From IMG/VR virus record IMGVR_UViG_3300043803_000951, positions 4,473 to 68,472 of that record: a stretch of 64,000 bases of DNA. One strand, 5' to 3'. Shown one piece after another: positions 1 through 8,477 of this stretch. Source of the stretch: a virus. The translations under genes and the position numbers were made by a program. Within the stretch, counting starts at the first letter, position 1. Each line of letters begins with the position of its first letter. Under the pieces are notes generated by a model. It saw only the letters and a list, made by a program, of their open reading frames with translations. It had not been told where the DNA came from and searched no databases.

Positions 1-737
1 TCAACGTATTCGCTGCGGTTGTATTCGGGATGGAACTTCCTGACCCTTTCCTGATCCAGCAGGCTCTTGTCGTTCAAGCGGATAAGCTCCGAGGCAAGAA
101 CTCCCGACGGGTCCACGGGGATGATGCAGGGGCGGGTGAAAGCCTTGGTCTTCCGTCTCACCTTGGAAATCACCATCCGCTCAAGGTCCACCTCGTCCCA
201 CCGCAGCTCCTGGGCATCTACCAAGGCCATTCCCGTATGCCACATGACCGTGACCAGCCAGCGGACCATCGGATGGACCCCCTTGGTTTCCATGAGCTTC
301 CGGTAGTGGTGGTCGCGGATAGGAGGACGGCTAGGCGGACGCTTCGGGGGAGGCGGGGAGATGGACTCGATGACGTTCGGCTCCACCCACCGGTTCCTCA
401 CCAGCCAGCCAATGAAGGACCGGCAGATGGACCATTCGATCTGCGTGACTCCCCCGTTGCGGTAGGCTGCGAGGTAGTCCCGGTAGTCCACCATCGTCTG
501 CCGGCTCAACTGCCGCCCATTAAGCCACCGCTCGAAGATTTTCAGGGCAGCGATGGTGCGGCTGATGGTGGATTCCGTCCAAGCCCCCTTCTTCTCGGCC
601 AGATACCAGCCGATGACGACGTGGGCGGGGGGCAGCTCGTAGACTCCCCGCTTCAGCTTGGCGGGTTCCTGCGAGGGCATCACCACCTCCCACCGGCCTT
701 CGATGGCGAGGGGTTGGATGGGGTTGTCCATGGTCAT
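1..737 (-). CDS. int: Tyrosine recombinase/integrase, 3' end runs off the window
   Basis: Hand translation (absent from ORF track): MTMDNPIQ...core-binding-like helices...VTVMWHTGMALVDAQELRWDEVDLERMVISKVRRKTK; box I-like motif and catalytic-Lys hairpin; ATGA overlap with upstream gene. Confidence 0.85.
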   Translation of the reverse strand, partial: MTMDNPIQPLAIEGRWEVVMPSQEPAKLKRGVYELPPAHVVIGWYLAEKKGAWTESTISRTIAALKIFERWLNGRQLSRQTMVDYRDYLAAYRNGGVTQIEWSICRSFIGWLVRNRWVEPNVIESISPPPPKRPPSRPPIRDHHYRKLMETKGVHPMVRWLVTVMWHTGMALVDAQELRWDEVDLERMVISKVRRKTKAFTRPCIIPVDPSGVLASELIRLNDKSLLDQERVRKFHPEYNRSEYV

Positions 738-1108
738 GGGGTTCCTTTCGATTTCAGGTATCTCGTCAACTCCTCCTCATCAATCCGGACTGTCCGATGG
801 CCCAGCCGGGTGGCCTTGATCTTCCCCCTCCCCACATCCTTGCTCAATGTGGCAGGCAGCATACCCGCCAACTTGGCGGCCTCCGCTACCGAGAGTCCCG
901 GAGCGTCTCCCAATCGCTTGGCGGGCCGTTTACGGCGCAAGGCGGTGGCCTTATTCGAGCCAGCCCTGAACCCACAGGGAGCATCATTGCCCGTCCGCTT
1001 GGCCCATTGGTTGAACCGGAGCCGGAACAGCTTCATCGAGGACGGCCCGAACCCCCAGTCAAGGCCGGCCGGGGATTGGTCAATTGAGGGGAAGGTTGGC
1101 TGGCTCAT
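734..1108 (-). CDS. Excisionase-like HTH DNA-binding protein
   Basis: C-terminal LSVAEAAKLAGM...GKIKATRLGHRTVRIDEEELTRYL resembles MerR-like/Xis HTH; coupled to integrase. Confidence 0.75.
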   Translation of the reverse strand: MSQPTFPSIDQSPAGLDWGFGPSSMKLFRLRFNQWAKRTGNDAPCGFRAGSNKATALRRKRPAKRLGDAPGLSVAEAAKLAGMLPATLSKDVGRGKIKATRLGHRTVRIDEEELTRYLKSKGTP

Positions 1109-1389
1109 TGGGTTCCCTTCGCTTCCCCGGATTCCTTGTTCCTTCCCGCCTCATTCAAAACCAACGGGAGGGTTGTTCCAAAGCCTCCCCTACCCCTCAT
1201 GGAGATGAGGGGATCGGGAGCCTTGGATGATGCCTCAAAACCAGACGGTATGGGCGTTCCATAGACCCGTGGATTAAAAGCCTTGCGGCTCCCTAGCGTC
1301 GGCCCCACGGGAACAATTGCTCCTGCCGATGTAGCTTCGCTGGCTGCTACCGTCAGAACCGGGAGCCACCCCGGGACGTTTGTGACTGA

Positions 1390-1592
1390 AGGAAAGAAGC
1401 CCCATCCCAAAGTGACGCCCGAAGTGTCCGGCAAAGAAGGACGAAGATTCGGCTTTGGGATGGGGGCTGAAGTCTTGTAGGAGCATCGCCCGATCTTTGC
1501 CAAACCGCCATCGTCTTTGCTGGGCGTCAACCCAGGGAAGCCTTTGCTTCCGTAACGTGGAGAGTTTTTGTTCATCAGATTGAAAATTGCAA
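1390..1592 (-). promoter_or_regulatory. Putative promoter and attenuator-like structured leader upstream of xis/int
   Basis: TTGCAA at 1587-1592, small hairpins, long stem 1399-1412/1453-1467 followed by a pyrimidine tract on the minus strand. Confidence 0.5.
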
Positions 1593-1969
1593 GGTGTTTC
1601 TATTTCGTTGAAGGACAATCGCATTCAGGCTGCCCATCTGTCAATAGGCAACTTTCCTTTTCATGGGGGAACTGGACTCCCGGGCACGTCATCTGCGGCT
1701 CACCGACAATCTTCCCCTGCCGCCACAGGCGCCGTAGCTGGATGAACTCCTCAACGGCCACGCTCCCTGAGGCGATGGTCCGCATCTCCCCCTTGCCGGG
1801 CAGGTAGATTCGGTAGTGGGTGGGGTTCACAGTGCAACCTCCACCACCTTGCAGATGGTTTTCCGGTGGCCTTTCCACAGCGATCTCGCCTCCTTCATGG
1901 TGTGGCACATGCCGATCAGGTTCCGCTTCTGGTAATCGCACCAGACAATGACGCGGTATTTCGGCGGTT

Positions 1970-2227
1970 TCACTGGGTTCCTTTCTCGCGCTCAGCAAGC
2001 ATGGCGTCGGCGAATACGTAGGCCATCTTGGCAATATCGGATGGTGGTTTCCTGACCATCGCCCCGTCGGCCAGTATGCCAACCAATGCCTGCCCCGCGA
2101 ACCAGTCGCGGAGGGTCATGCCTACACTGGCTTGGTATTGATGCCAAACCCGACCGTCTTCGCCGTGCATGGTGTCGCCGAGTGGTCCATGTGGAAAAGC
2201 GGGTCCGCCTGTTGGGTCAGTGCTCAC
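1970..2227 (-). CDS. Conserved small phage hypothetical protein
   Basis: GGPAFP...GMTLRDWFAGQAL...AYVFADAML motif common in phage accessory genes; GTG start overlaps upstream stop. Confidence 0.75.
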   Translation of the reverse strand: MSTDPTGGPAFPHGPLGDTMHGEDGRVWHQYQASVGMTLRDWFAGQALVGILADGAMVRKPPSDIAKMAYVFADAMLAEREKGTQ

Positions 2228-2394
2228 TTGCTCCCTCCCTTGTTCTTCCGTCTCCGCGAATAGGCGCTGGCCGGGTCGGGGTGGAGGCGTGCCCAAGCCG
2301 CGGCGGCCTTGTAGATGCTCATGGGTGAGCCCATTTCCGGATGGCCGGCGGGCAGGGACTTGCCTAGGTGGCCGGCTTCAATTCTGACTTTCAT
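2224..2394 (-). CDS. Small hypothetical protein
   Basis: MKVRIEAGH...; stop/start overlap and AAAGGAAACCA junction motif. Confidence 0.5.
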   Translation of the reverse strand: MKVRIEAGHLGKSLPAGHPEMGSPMSIYKAAAAWARLHPDPASAYSRRRKNKGGSK

Positions 2395-2659
2395 TGGTTT
2401 CCTTTGGTTCGTTGTGGAGGACTGACTTCGTTGCTTCCTTGGCGCCCTGCTGGAAAAGGGGGTAGACCCCGAATCGCTTGGCGTCGCTGGCCGCAAACTG
2501 GAACCCCAGCTTCCGGAGGCGATCAATCTGCCTGTCCGGGTGGGTGGTCCGGCCCGACTGGATGGCCAGGGCCAGACTCATGCCCATATGCCAGCCGAAG
2601 GCGGTGATGGCGGACTCGTAGTTGGGCGTAGGCGCCCATTTGGTGGGTGGGTTGGTCAC
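2378..2659 (-). CDS. Hypothetical protein
   Basis: GTG start in coupled junction; ordered minus-strand operon. Confidence 0.55.
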   Translation of the reverse strand: MTNPPTKWAPTPNYESAITAFGWHMGMSLALAIQSGRTTHPDRQIDRLRKLGFQFAASDAKRFGVYPLFQQGAKEATKSVLHNEPKETNESQN

Positions 2660-2820
2660 TTGTTTCCTTTCCTGTAGTTCTTCCGATAGTTCCGCATAAA
2701 CTGGATGGCCACCGCATACCGTTCCGGGCTGGCCCATTTCTCCCGGAATCTTTCCCCGCGCTTCTCGTATGCAAGGAACCGATAGCCGTCGGCCCTCGTA
2801 TCGCCTTGCTTGAAATCCAT
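2656..2820 (-). CDS. Small hypothetical protein
   Basis: Hand translation MDFKQGDTRADGYRF...; fills gap and overlaps next start. Confidence 0.5.
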   Translation of the reverse strand: MDFKQGDTRADGYRFLAYEKRGERFREKWASPERYAVAIQFMRNYRKNYRKGNK

Positions 2821-2843
2821 TGGCTACTTTTGGTTGGAGTTCC

Positions 2844-3185
2844 CTATGCCCATCTTTCCCGCCCGGCCCAATCGAGCCCGCGGAAAACCTTCCCGTCCCT
2901 CACATCCCCGCGGACAGGCAGCCCATTGGCCCGCTTGACCAGCGTAATAGTGCGGGCCGTTACCCCCATATCCTGGATGATCCGGACGTATTCCTCCCCA
3001 GCCTCCAGTCGCCTAAGGATTTCCGGGGTGACTTCCTTCATCCGGGCCGGCGACAAGGGCGCCCCGTTGCGGTGGGAACGCTTGCCCCGTGGTGCTGAGT
3101 GAGAAGACGGGGCAGTGTGGCGGATAAGCCCCTTGGCCGCACAGGCTTTGGCGGCGTTGGCCAGTTCTAGGAGGGCGGGGTTCAT
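2844..3185 (-). CDS. Putative HTH DNA-binding protein
   Basis: EILRRLEAGEEYVRIIQDMGVTARTITLVKRANGL is HTH-like; ATGA overlap at 3182-3185. Confidence 0.55.
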   Translation of the reverse strand: MNPALLELANAAKACAAKGLIRHTAPSSHSAPRGKRSHRNGAPLSPARMKEVTPEILRRLEAGEEYVRIIQDMGVTARTITLVKRANGLPVRGDVRDGKVFRGLDWAGRERWA

Positions 3186-3427
3186 TTCAGTGATACGGTG
3201 AAGTGGATGTTGCTGCCGGTGGTTTCGGATTGACCGCTTTTGTAGCCGACGAAGGCCGTGAACTCGGCGAACCGCATACGGGGATCGTATCCGCCCATAT
3301 TCGGGCTGAAGGCAATCCCGCGCTTCCCCCACTTCCGGCGGGCCATCCGGTCCGCGAAGATTTGGGCGGCCTCCCGCATTCCTTCCGCCTTCACATTCCT
3401 CATCCCGGAGCATAGGTAGGTATTCAC
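3182..3427 (-). CDS. Hypothetical early protein
   Basis: Coupled to flanking genes. Confidence 0.6.
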   Translation of the reverse strand: MNTYLCSGMRNVKAEGMREAAQIFADRMARRKWGKRGIAFSPNMGGYDPRMRFAEFTAFVGYKSGQSETTGSNIHFTVSLK

Positions 3428-3780
3428 AGGGAGCCTTTCGCCTTCAGGAGGACACGCCTTGCTTTCGCAATTGTCTCATCGGAAGGCATTTCGTTCTCCG
3501 TTTCATCTATCCATTTCAGGAACAACTCAAGCGCCTCAACCATCTCCGGCGTAAGGTTTACCACCTTCACGATATACTCCGCATTGGCCGCCGCGACCAG
3601 CTTGTTTGGGTTCCCCATGTTCACCACGGGCGCCCCGTCCTTGTCGGCCACAAAGCGGCGGTCGTGGACGAACCAAGGGAGCGGGCTATGGGCCGGCAGC
3701 TCCCCATACGCATCCGCCTTGGCCTTGGCGTGGGCGGTTGAGGAGTAGAGATTGGCGGACTGGATTGCTTTGGTTTTCAT
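3424..3780 (-). CDS. Conserved phage hypothetical protein (HS/TPxPW...ANA..I type)
   Basis: HSPLPW...AANAEYIVK...PEMVEALE; similar to 5698-5961. Confidence 0.7.
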   Translation of the reverse strand: MKTKAIQSANLYSSTAHAKAKADAYGELPAHSPLPWFVHDRRFVADKDGAPVVNMGNPNKLVAAANAEYIVKVVNLTPEMVEALELFLKWIDETENEMPSDETIAKARRVLLKAKGSL

Positions 3781-3792
3781 TGGCTTGGCAGG

Positions 3793-4233
3793 TTAGTAGC
3801 GGACGAGGTAGGTAGTGCCCTGATATTTCACTTCCGAATAGTCAACGCGGAGGTTGTCGGCCGTTTTGTCCCAGTCGATTGCGATGTAGCCGGGCAAGTC
3901 TTTCGGCAAGTCGCCAATGTCCTCCAGAAGCTCCATACAGTAGTCAACGAACTCGCTTTCCGGGATCATCGTCGCCCCGTCTTTCCAGTCGCTGATTTCC
4001 TCGCTGAGGGATTCCAGTTCCGCGAGTTCCTTCTGTTCGTCCTCGTCAAAGTCGGCCTCCAGCTTTTCGAGTTCTTCAACCGCCTTCTCGAATGCTTCCG
4101 GACTGGCCGTCTCGTCTGCCTCCGTCTCGTCCCGTTGCTCAATGGCTTCGTCGATGGCGTCCCGCTTGGCCTCCAGTTCTTCAAGCCGTTCCTGAAGGTC
4201 GCGGGTGTCAATGATTCCAGAATTACGTGGCAT
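3793..4233 (-). CDS. Acidic ArdA-like antirestriction (DNA mimic) protein
   Basis: Very D/E-rich; C-terminus LPGYIAIDWDKTADNLRVDYSEV...YLVR resembles the ArdA C-terminal domain. Confidence 0.6.
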   Translation of the reverse strand: MPRNSGIIDTRDLQERLEELEAKRDAIDEAIEQRDETEADETASPEAFEKAVEELEKLEADFDEDEQKELAELESLSEEISDWKDGATMIPESEFVDYCMELLEDIGDLPKDLPGYIAIDWDKTADNLRVDYSEVKYQGTTYLVRY

Positions 4234-4326
4234 AGCTTTGTCTTTCCTGTCGCCCGGCCTCCGCGTAATTGCCGAGGGCGGGCCGCAAGAGCCGGAAGGA
4301 TTCGCTCCGGCGGGCGGGGCGCTGGA

Positions 4327-4716
4327 TCAATCCTCCGCCAAGTCCTGAAGGACGAGCTTCTGGCAATCCGGCGGCAAGTCGGCAAACCGGATGCGCTTGC
4401 CAAGGTGGTTACGCCCGCCAAGGCGGCAAGGCGGGAAGTCTGCCGGCCCACGGTCGCTTTCCCCATGCTGGCCGAATCCCTGAGGATGGAATGGCTCCGT
4501 GCTCATGCCCGCGTAGGCGAAGCTGTCCGGAGAGTAGCGGGTGCCATCCTTCTGGATCATCGGCTTCAGGTAGACGGCGGTGTAGCGGTCAAACGTGCCG
4601 CCCCTGTTTGGCCCACCGTTATCGTAAAACCTGGCCAGCTTGTTGCGGGTGTTGACGAGGCGGGCGCGGATTGCCATATGGTCGGTTTGCTTTTGGGATT
4701 TGGTTAGAGAGTTCAT
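4327..4716 (-). CDS. Hypothetical early protein
   Basis: YDNGG...DRYTAVY...MSTEPFHPQGFGQHGE...LGKRIRFADLP, phage early-gene-like motifs. Confidence 0.7.
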   Translation of the reverse strand: MNSLTKSQKQTDHMAIRARLVNTRNKLARFYDNGGPNRGGTFDRYTAVYLKPMIQKDGTRYSPDSFAYAGMSTEPFHPQGFGQHGESDRGPADFPPCRLGGRNHLGKRIRFADLPPDCQKLVLQDLAED

Positions 4717-4752
4717 CGGTTTTGCAGTTGTTCGTTATGGTCTAGGAAATTG

Positions 4753-5301
4753 TCACTTGGCTTCCATTTCAAAGTCTTCGCGGCAAGCCCTGGCGGCCTC
4801 TTCACGACTAGGAAATTCCTCTTCACTTGCCCACTGCTCAACCTCGGAATCGGACGTCTCGAAATACCAGCGGCCCGTCTCCGGATTGCGGGTAACGGCC
4901 CGCCCGTTACCCTGAAGCCATTCGTCGCTCACCTGCCCGAAATCTTCCGGAAGCAGGTAGTGCTCCCCGAAAATCTTGGCCGCATCTTGCAAAGCATCCC
5001 CGATTTCGTCCGGATATCCACGGTCCCAGAAGCCTACGCCGTGGCCGTTCCGGCTAAACCAGAAGTCCCGCCCGTTTTGATCATCGTCGCCGGCCTTGGC
5101 CAGCAATTCAGCGTTGGCTTCCTGGAATGACCGGCAAGCCACGTCCGCTTCCAGAATCCACCAAGCGGGGAGTTCGGGCGCCAGTTCATCGGCCCGCCCA
5201 CATTCGGCGTAATCGCAGCCGGAAGGCGGGTAGGCGTCGGTTGTAAACAGGGCGGCCTCTACGTAGCCGCGGAGGAATGGGGAGGCTTCGGAGAGTTTCA
5301 T
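4753..5301 (-). CDS. Conserved acidic phage early protein
   Basis: YVEAALF...GRDFWFSRNGHGVGFWDRG motif; probable start MKLSEA at 5301. Confidence 0.7.
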   Translation of the reverse strand: MKLSEASPFLRGYVEAALFTTDAYPPSGCDYAECGRADELAPELPAWWILEADVACRSFQEANAELLAKAGDDDQNGRDFWFSRNGHGVGFWDRGYPDEIGDALQDAAKIFGEHYLLPEDFGQVSDEWLQGNGRAVTRNPETGRWYFETSDSEVEQWASEEEFPSREEAARACREDFEMEAK

Positions 5302-5314
5302 TTGGTAAAGTGGG

Positions 5315-5467
5315 TTATGGGTTACGGCTGGAAATCCAAATTGCAGAGTCATTCCGGGCATCCCGCTTGGTCCGGCAGTAGCCGCCGGCCAGTAGGTTGC
5401 CCGCGTTGTCGGTGACGGACCAGAGCCAAGCCCGGCCGGTTTTCGTAAAGGTTGCGTTCATTGTCAT
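5315..5467 (-). CDS. Small hypothetical protein (50 aa)
   Basis: Hand translation MTMNATFTKTGRAWLWSVTD...; AGGAG before ATG. Confidence 0.55.
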   Translation of the reverse strand: MTMNATFTKTGRAWLWSVTDNAGNLLAGGYCRTKRDARNDSAIWISSRNP

Positions 5468-5481
5468 TGTCTCCTAGGAAA

Positions 5482-5688
5482 TTACAGGCCCAAAAGTTCC
5501 CGCTGGCGGGCCGTCCCGAACTGGCGGACGTAGGCGTTGACCTCCCCGGCAGTTTCGGGGCAGATGCCGTTACGGTGGGTTTCGGGAAGGTCGCCGTTCG
5601 TTTGGATAGTGAAGGGGCGGGCGCCGGGGATAGTTACCCGGACGATTCGGTTTCCGTTGCGGTCGCGGTCGGTGGTGCAGGTTGTCAT
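5482..5688 (-). CDS. Small hypothetical protein
   Basis: Fits minus-strand gene tiling. Confidence 0.6.
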   Translation of the reverse strand: MTTCTTDRDRNGNRIVRVTIPGARPFTIQTNGDLPETHRNGICPETAGEVNAYVRQFGTARQRELLGL

Positions 5689-5697
5689 GGGATAGCC

Positions 5698-5961
5698 TTA
5701 GGAATTGACGGGGACGTTGGTAGCGGTGGCGATGGCGGCGCGAAGCCCGGCCTTTGCGTCCCCGTCCATTGGCCCGGGGCTTGTGTTATCTTCCAACGCC
5801 CGCAATGCGGAGAGGCAAGCGGCCAGCAATTCCGGGGCGGAGGCGATTAGGCGGGCGTTGGCTTCGGATTTCGGCCCGGTGTCGCAACTGATCACGCCGT
5901 CTTGCGTGTCCACAAGGTCGCCGTCGTTTAGCCAAGGCCCGGGAGTGTGGGTCAATTTCAT
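5698..5961 (-). CDS. Conserved phage hypothetical protein
   Basis: HTPGPW...EANARLIASAPELLAAC motif. Confidence 0.75.
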   Translation of the reverse strand: MKLTHTPGPWLNDGDLVDTQDGVISCDTGPKSEANARLIASAPELLAACLSALRALEDNTSPGPMDGDAKAGLRAAIATATNVPVNS

Positions 5962-6042
5962 TCTAGTTTTCCAGTTAGGGGTCCGGCTAATTCCGGCCCG
6001 CCTTGCCCGCCGACCTGAGCCGGAAGGCAACGCGGGGCGGGA

Positions 6043-6906
6043 CTACCAAGCCATCGCCTTGGCGAACCGTTCAATCTCCGGCCAAGCTATCCGGTGGCAA
6101 CCGGCGACGATTCCCTGATCATTCACGGCGTCCAATTGGTAGCCGCCGACAGTGTGGGCTTCCCCGTTCTTATGCCATCCCCGGGAACGGAGCGCGGAAG
6201 CAAAGCGGAAAGTCCGTTCCGCATCGGCCAAGGGAACCCGGGCGCCCTTAGTTGTCACAAGCTCCAATCCCTCCGCCCGGAGCATTACGGGCCAATGGTA
6301 GGAAGGCCGCACGGCAGCATCCCCGGCCAGCCAAGCCGCGATTTCCTCTGCGTCACGGGCAAGCCTAGCCTTCTCCCGTTCCCGGGCCAGCTTGGCCGCC
6401 TTGGCCTTGGCGCGAGTCTCCGCCGCGGCCAGCCGGGAAACCGTCTTTTCGTCCACCTTGCGACGGAGCCCGAAGAAAGCGGAGATTTCCCCGGCCTTGC
6501 GGATACAGGCCGCTTGCGCCGCAAGGTAGCTGTCCCTGCCCGTCCGCGCCTTGGCGGCCTTGCTGGCGTGGATTGCCGCCGTCTTTACCGCATGATCAAA
6601 CAATTCGCTTGGCTTCACGTCCGCCAAGCTCATTCCGCGCCCGATTCCGTCAGCAACAAACACGGGAACTCCGCCCGGAATTGCGCGGCGAACTTCGTTT
6701 TGTGCCTTGGCTGTGGTGACGGAGTAGCTTGTCGCGTTGAAAATGACGAAAGGCTTGCCCTTGTGCTCGCAATGGCGGGCGATTTCCGTCGCGTAGCTGA
6801 GAATTGCTGGCCCGTTGAATGAGAGATTGCCGGGGCATCGGCCATGCGGGGCGGACTTGTGAGCCCAAACGTGGGGGAGTTCTGCGGAAGTGAAGACTGT
6901 TTTCAT
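6043..6906 (-). CDS. Conserved phage early protein
   Basis: 287 aa; HVWAH...ILSYATEIAR...YSVTTAK...AGCHRI motifs; fits tiling. Confidence 0.75.
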   Translation of the reverse strand: MKTVFTSAELPHVWAHKSAPHGRCPGNLSFNGPAILSYATEIARHCEHKGKPFVIFNATSYSVTTAKAQNEVRRAIPGGVPVFVADGIGRGMSLADVKPSELFDHAVKTAAIHASKAAKARTGRDSYLAAQAACIRKAGEISAFFGLRRKVDEKTVSRLAAAETRAKAKAAKLAREREKARLARDAEEIAAWLAGDAAVRPSYHWPVMLRAEGLELVTTKGARVPLADAERTFRFASALRSRGWHKNGEAHTVGGYQLDAVNDQGIVAGCHRIAWPEIERFAKAMAW

Positions 6907-6925
6907 TGCTTTGAGGGATTGGAGG

Positions 6926-7024
6926 TTACAGGGGCAGGAAAATGAGGGCGATGGAGTAGGCTAGCAGGCTCGCCACTACGGCGAAGACCAGGAAGGCGAC
7001 AAGGAAGGAAAGGATGGGGCGCAT
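6926..7024 (-). CDS. 32-aa single-pass membrane peptide
   Basis: MRPILSFLVAFLVFAVVASLLAYSIALIFLPL fills the intergenic gap exactly. Confidence 0.5.
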   Translation of the reverse strand: MRPILSFLVAFLVFAVVASLLAYSIALIFLPL

Positions 7025-7031
7025 ATGTGGA

Positions 7032-7358
7032 TTAACGGTTAGATTTAAGGATGCCGGCCGCTTCCATCGCCTTCCGCCAATACTTGGCAAGGCGGGGCGG
7101 ATTTGATCGGCAAAAATGGATTGATTCGGATTCGTAAGCGCCAGTCCGGAAATCCTGCTCTGCGTAGCTGGTCAGCCATTCCCCAACGCGGCCCGATGCT
7201 GGCCGATCTGAGCATTCCGGGAAGCCTTCCATTTCGCGGACAAGCTCCCGGAAGGTGAATTCCCGCTCTTCAAAAACGAATCCGCGCTCCGCGGCTTCGC
7301 CATAGCTGGCCGATTCGTCCGTCACAATCTCAAATGTTTTGCTGATCAGGATGGGCAT
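7032..7358 (-). CDS. Hypothetical early protein
   Basis: MPILISKTFEIVTDESASYGEAAERGF... Confidence 0.65.
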   Translation of the reverse strand: MPILISKTFEIVTDESASYGEAAERGFVFEEREFTFRELVREMEGFPECSDRPASGRVGEWLTSYAEQDFRTGAYESESIHFCRSNPPRLAKYWRKAMEAAGILKSNR

Positions 7359-7378
7359 AACAAGGGGAGGTTTGGCGG

Positions 7379-7757
7379 TTAGGGTGCGAGCTTGCGATCC
7401 GTCGCATTGGAACCGACGAAATAGGGGCGCATATTGTGGGACCAATAGTGGCCGGAAATTCCGAGGTCCGTGATTTCCTTCTTTTCCCATTCGGCCATGG
7501 CCGGGTCAAACTTCACAAGCCGTCCGTCGCTTAGGGTGTAAAGGAAAGTGAGTTTATCAAAATACCAACGGTCCCGCCGGCAATCCATGTATCCGGAAAG
7601 GTAGGCCCATTCGTATGCCGGGAGGTTGAATTCCTTTCGCAATTCAAGCCAGCGACGTGTAAGCTCTTCGCTGGCCATGCCGTAGCATTCGGCCCTTGAA
7701 AGCAAGCCTTGCACGCGAGTCTTCGCGGCGGACGGGGAACGGGGACGGAGTTTTCAT
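7379..7757 (-). pseudogene. Early gene with apparent frameshift near the 5' end (or true GTG start at 7714)
   Basis: ATG at 7757 is one base out of frame with the 7379-7714 ORF across a CCGTCCCCGTTCCCCGTCC repeat. Confidence 0.4.
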
Positions 7758-7846
7758 TGGTAGGGATAGCTAGGAAAAGGAGCGGTTCATTCCGCCCCCA
7801 CCATAACCCCCGGCCGGTTAGGCCAGAGGCTAGGGCGGGAGTCCGG

Positions 7847-8083
7847 TTAGATTTGCCCCTCTTGCCAGAAGGAAAGGCCAGAAAAACTACCGTCCGCCCG
7901 GTATGTGAAGGCCAAGCGGGAAACGTGGGCGCGAGGGTTCTCTAGGACAATTTCAACGTCGCCTTCCGCTTCCGGGGAGGAAATTCGGCAAACTCGGTAG
8001 GTTGCGCCGTCCTCCTTCTGGAAGGCGAGAACTTGGGAAGTGACAGCTTGAGCGAATGTGACAAGGTTTGTGGTGCGCTTCAT
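7847..8083 (-). CDS. Hypothetical protein, first gene of leftward early operon
   Basis: MKRTTNLVTF...; upstream AT-richer intergenic region. Confidence 0.55.
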   Translation of the reverse strand: MKRTTNLVTFAQAVTSQVLAFQKEDGATYRVCRISSPEAEGDVEIVLENPRAHVSRLAFTYRADGSFSGLSFWQEGQI

Positions 8084-8477
8084 GAGTGTGATGTGTGAGA
8101 TGTGATTTGTTGCGACGAGAGATACTAGGAAATGGCGATCCCCGCTTGCGCCGCGTTCGCGACACTCCAATCGCATCAACGCATCCGGATACGTGGATAT
8201 GTTGCAAATGTTTTACCCCTAAAACAAATTGCCGCAGAACACGACAACAGGCCCGCCACCGTTGGATTGCAAGCACTTACAAAAGGAGCCTTTCCGGGCA
8301 AATCCGGGAGCGCGAAGAGCCCCCCGGAGTCCCCTTTGGCCTGGCCGGTAGGTGCGTGTGGTATCAAATACATAGGTTTGTAACGGTCACGGCTTGTTTT
8401 GGATTTTGGCTTTGGGTTTTTTGGGCTCATTTCCATTTCTTGATTTACTTGTGGGGGCCTTTGGGGACACTTCTTGC

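Noticed and set aside
30-1208. 392-aa plus-strand ORF
   Set aside because: Antisense shadow of int and xis; many long antisense ORFs (for example 19539-20783, 23854-25281, 6094-6822) are likewise artefacts of GC-rich codon bias
1105-1575. 156-aa ORF upstream of xis
   Set aside because: P/G/S-rich, crosses terminator-like hairpins; only the 3' end looks like a real junction, so not called
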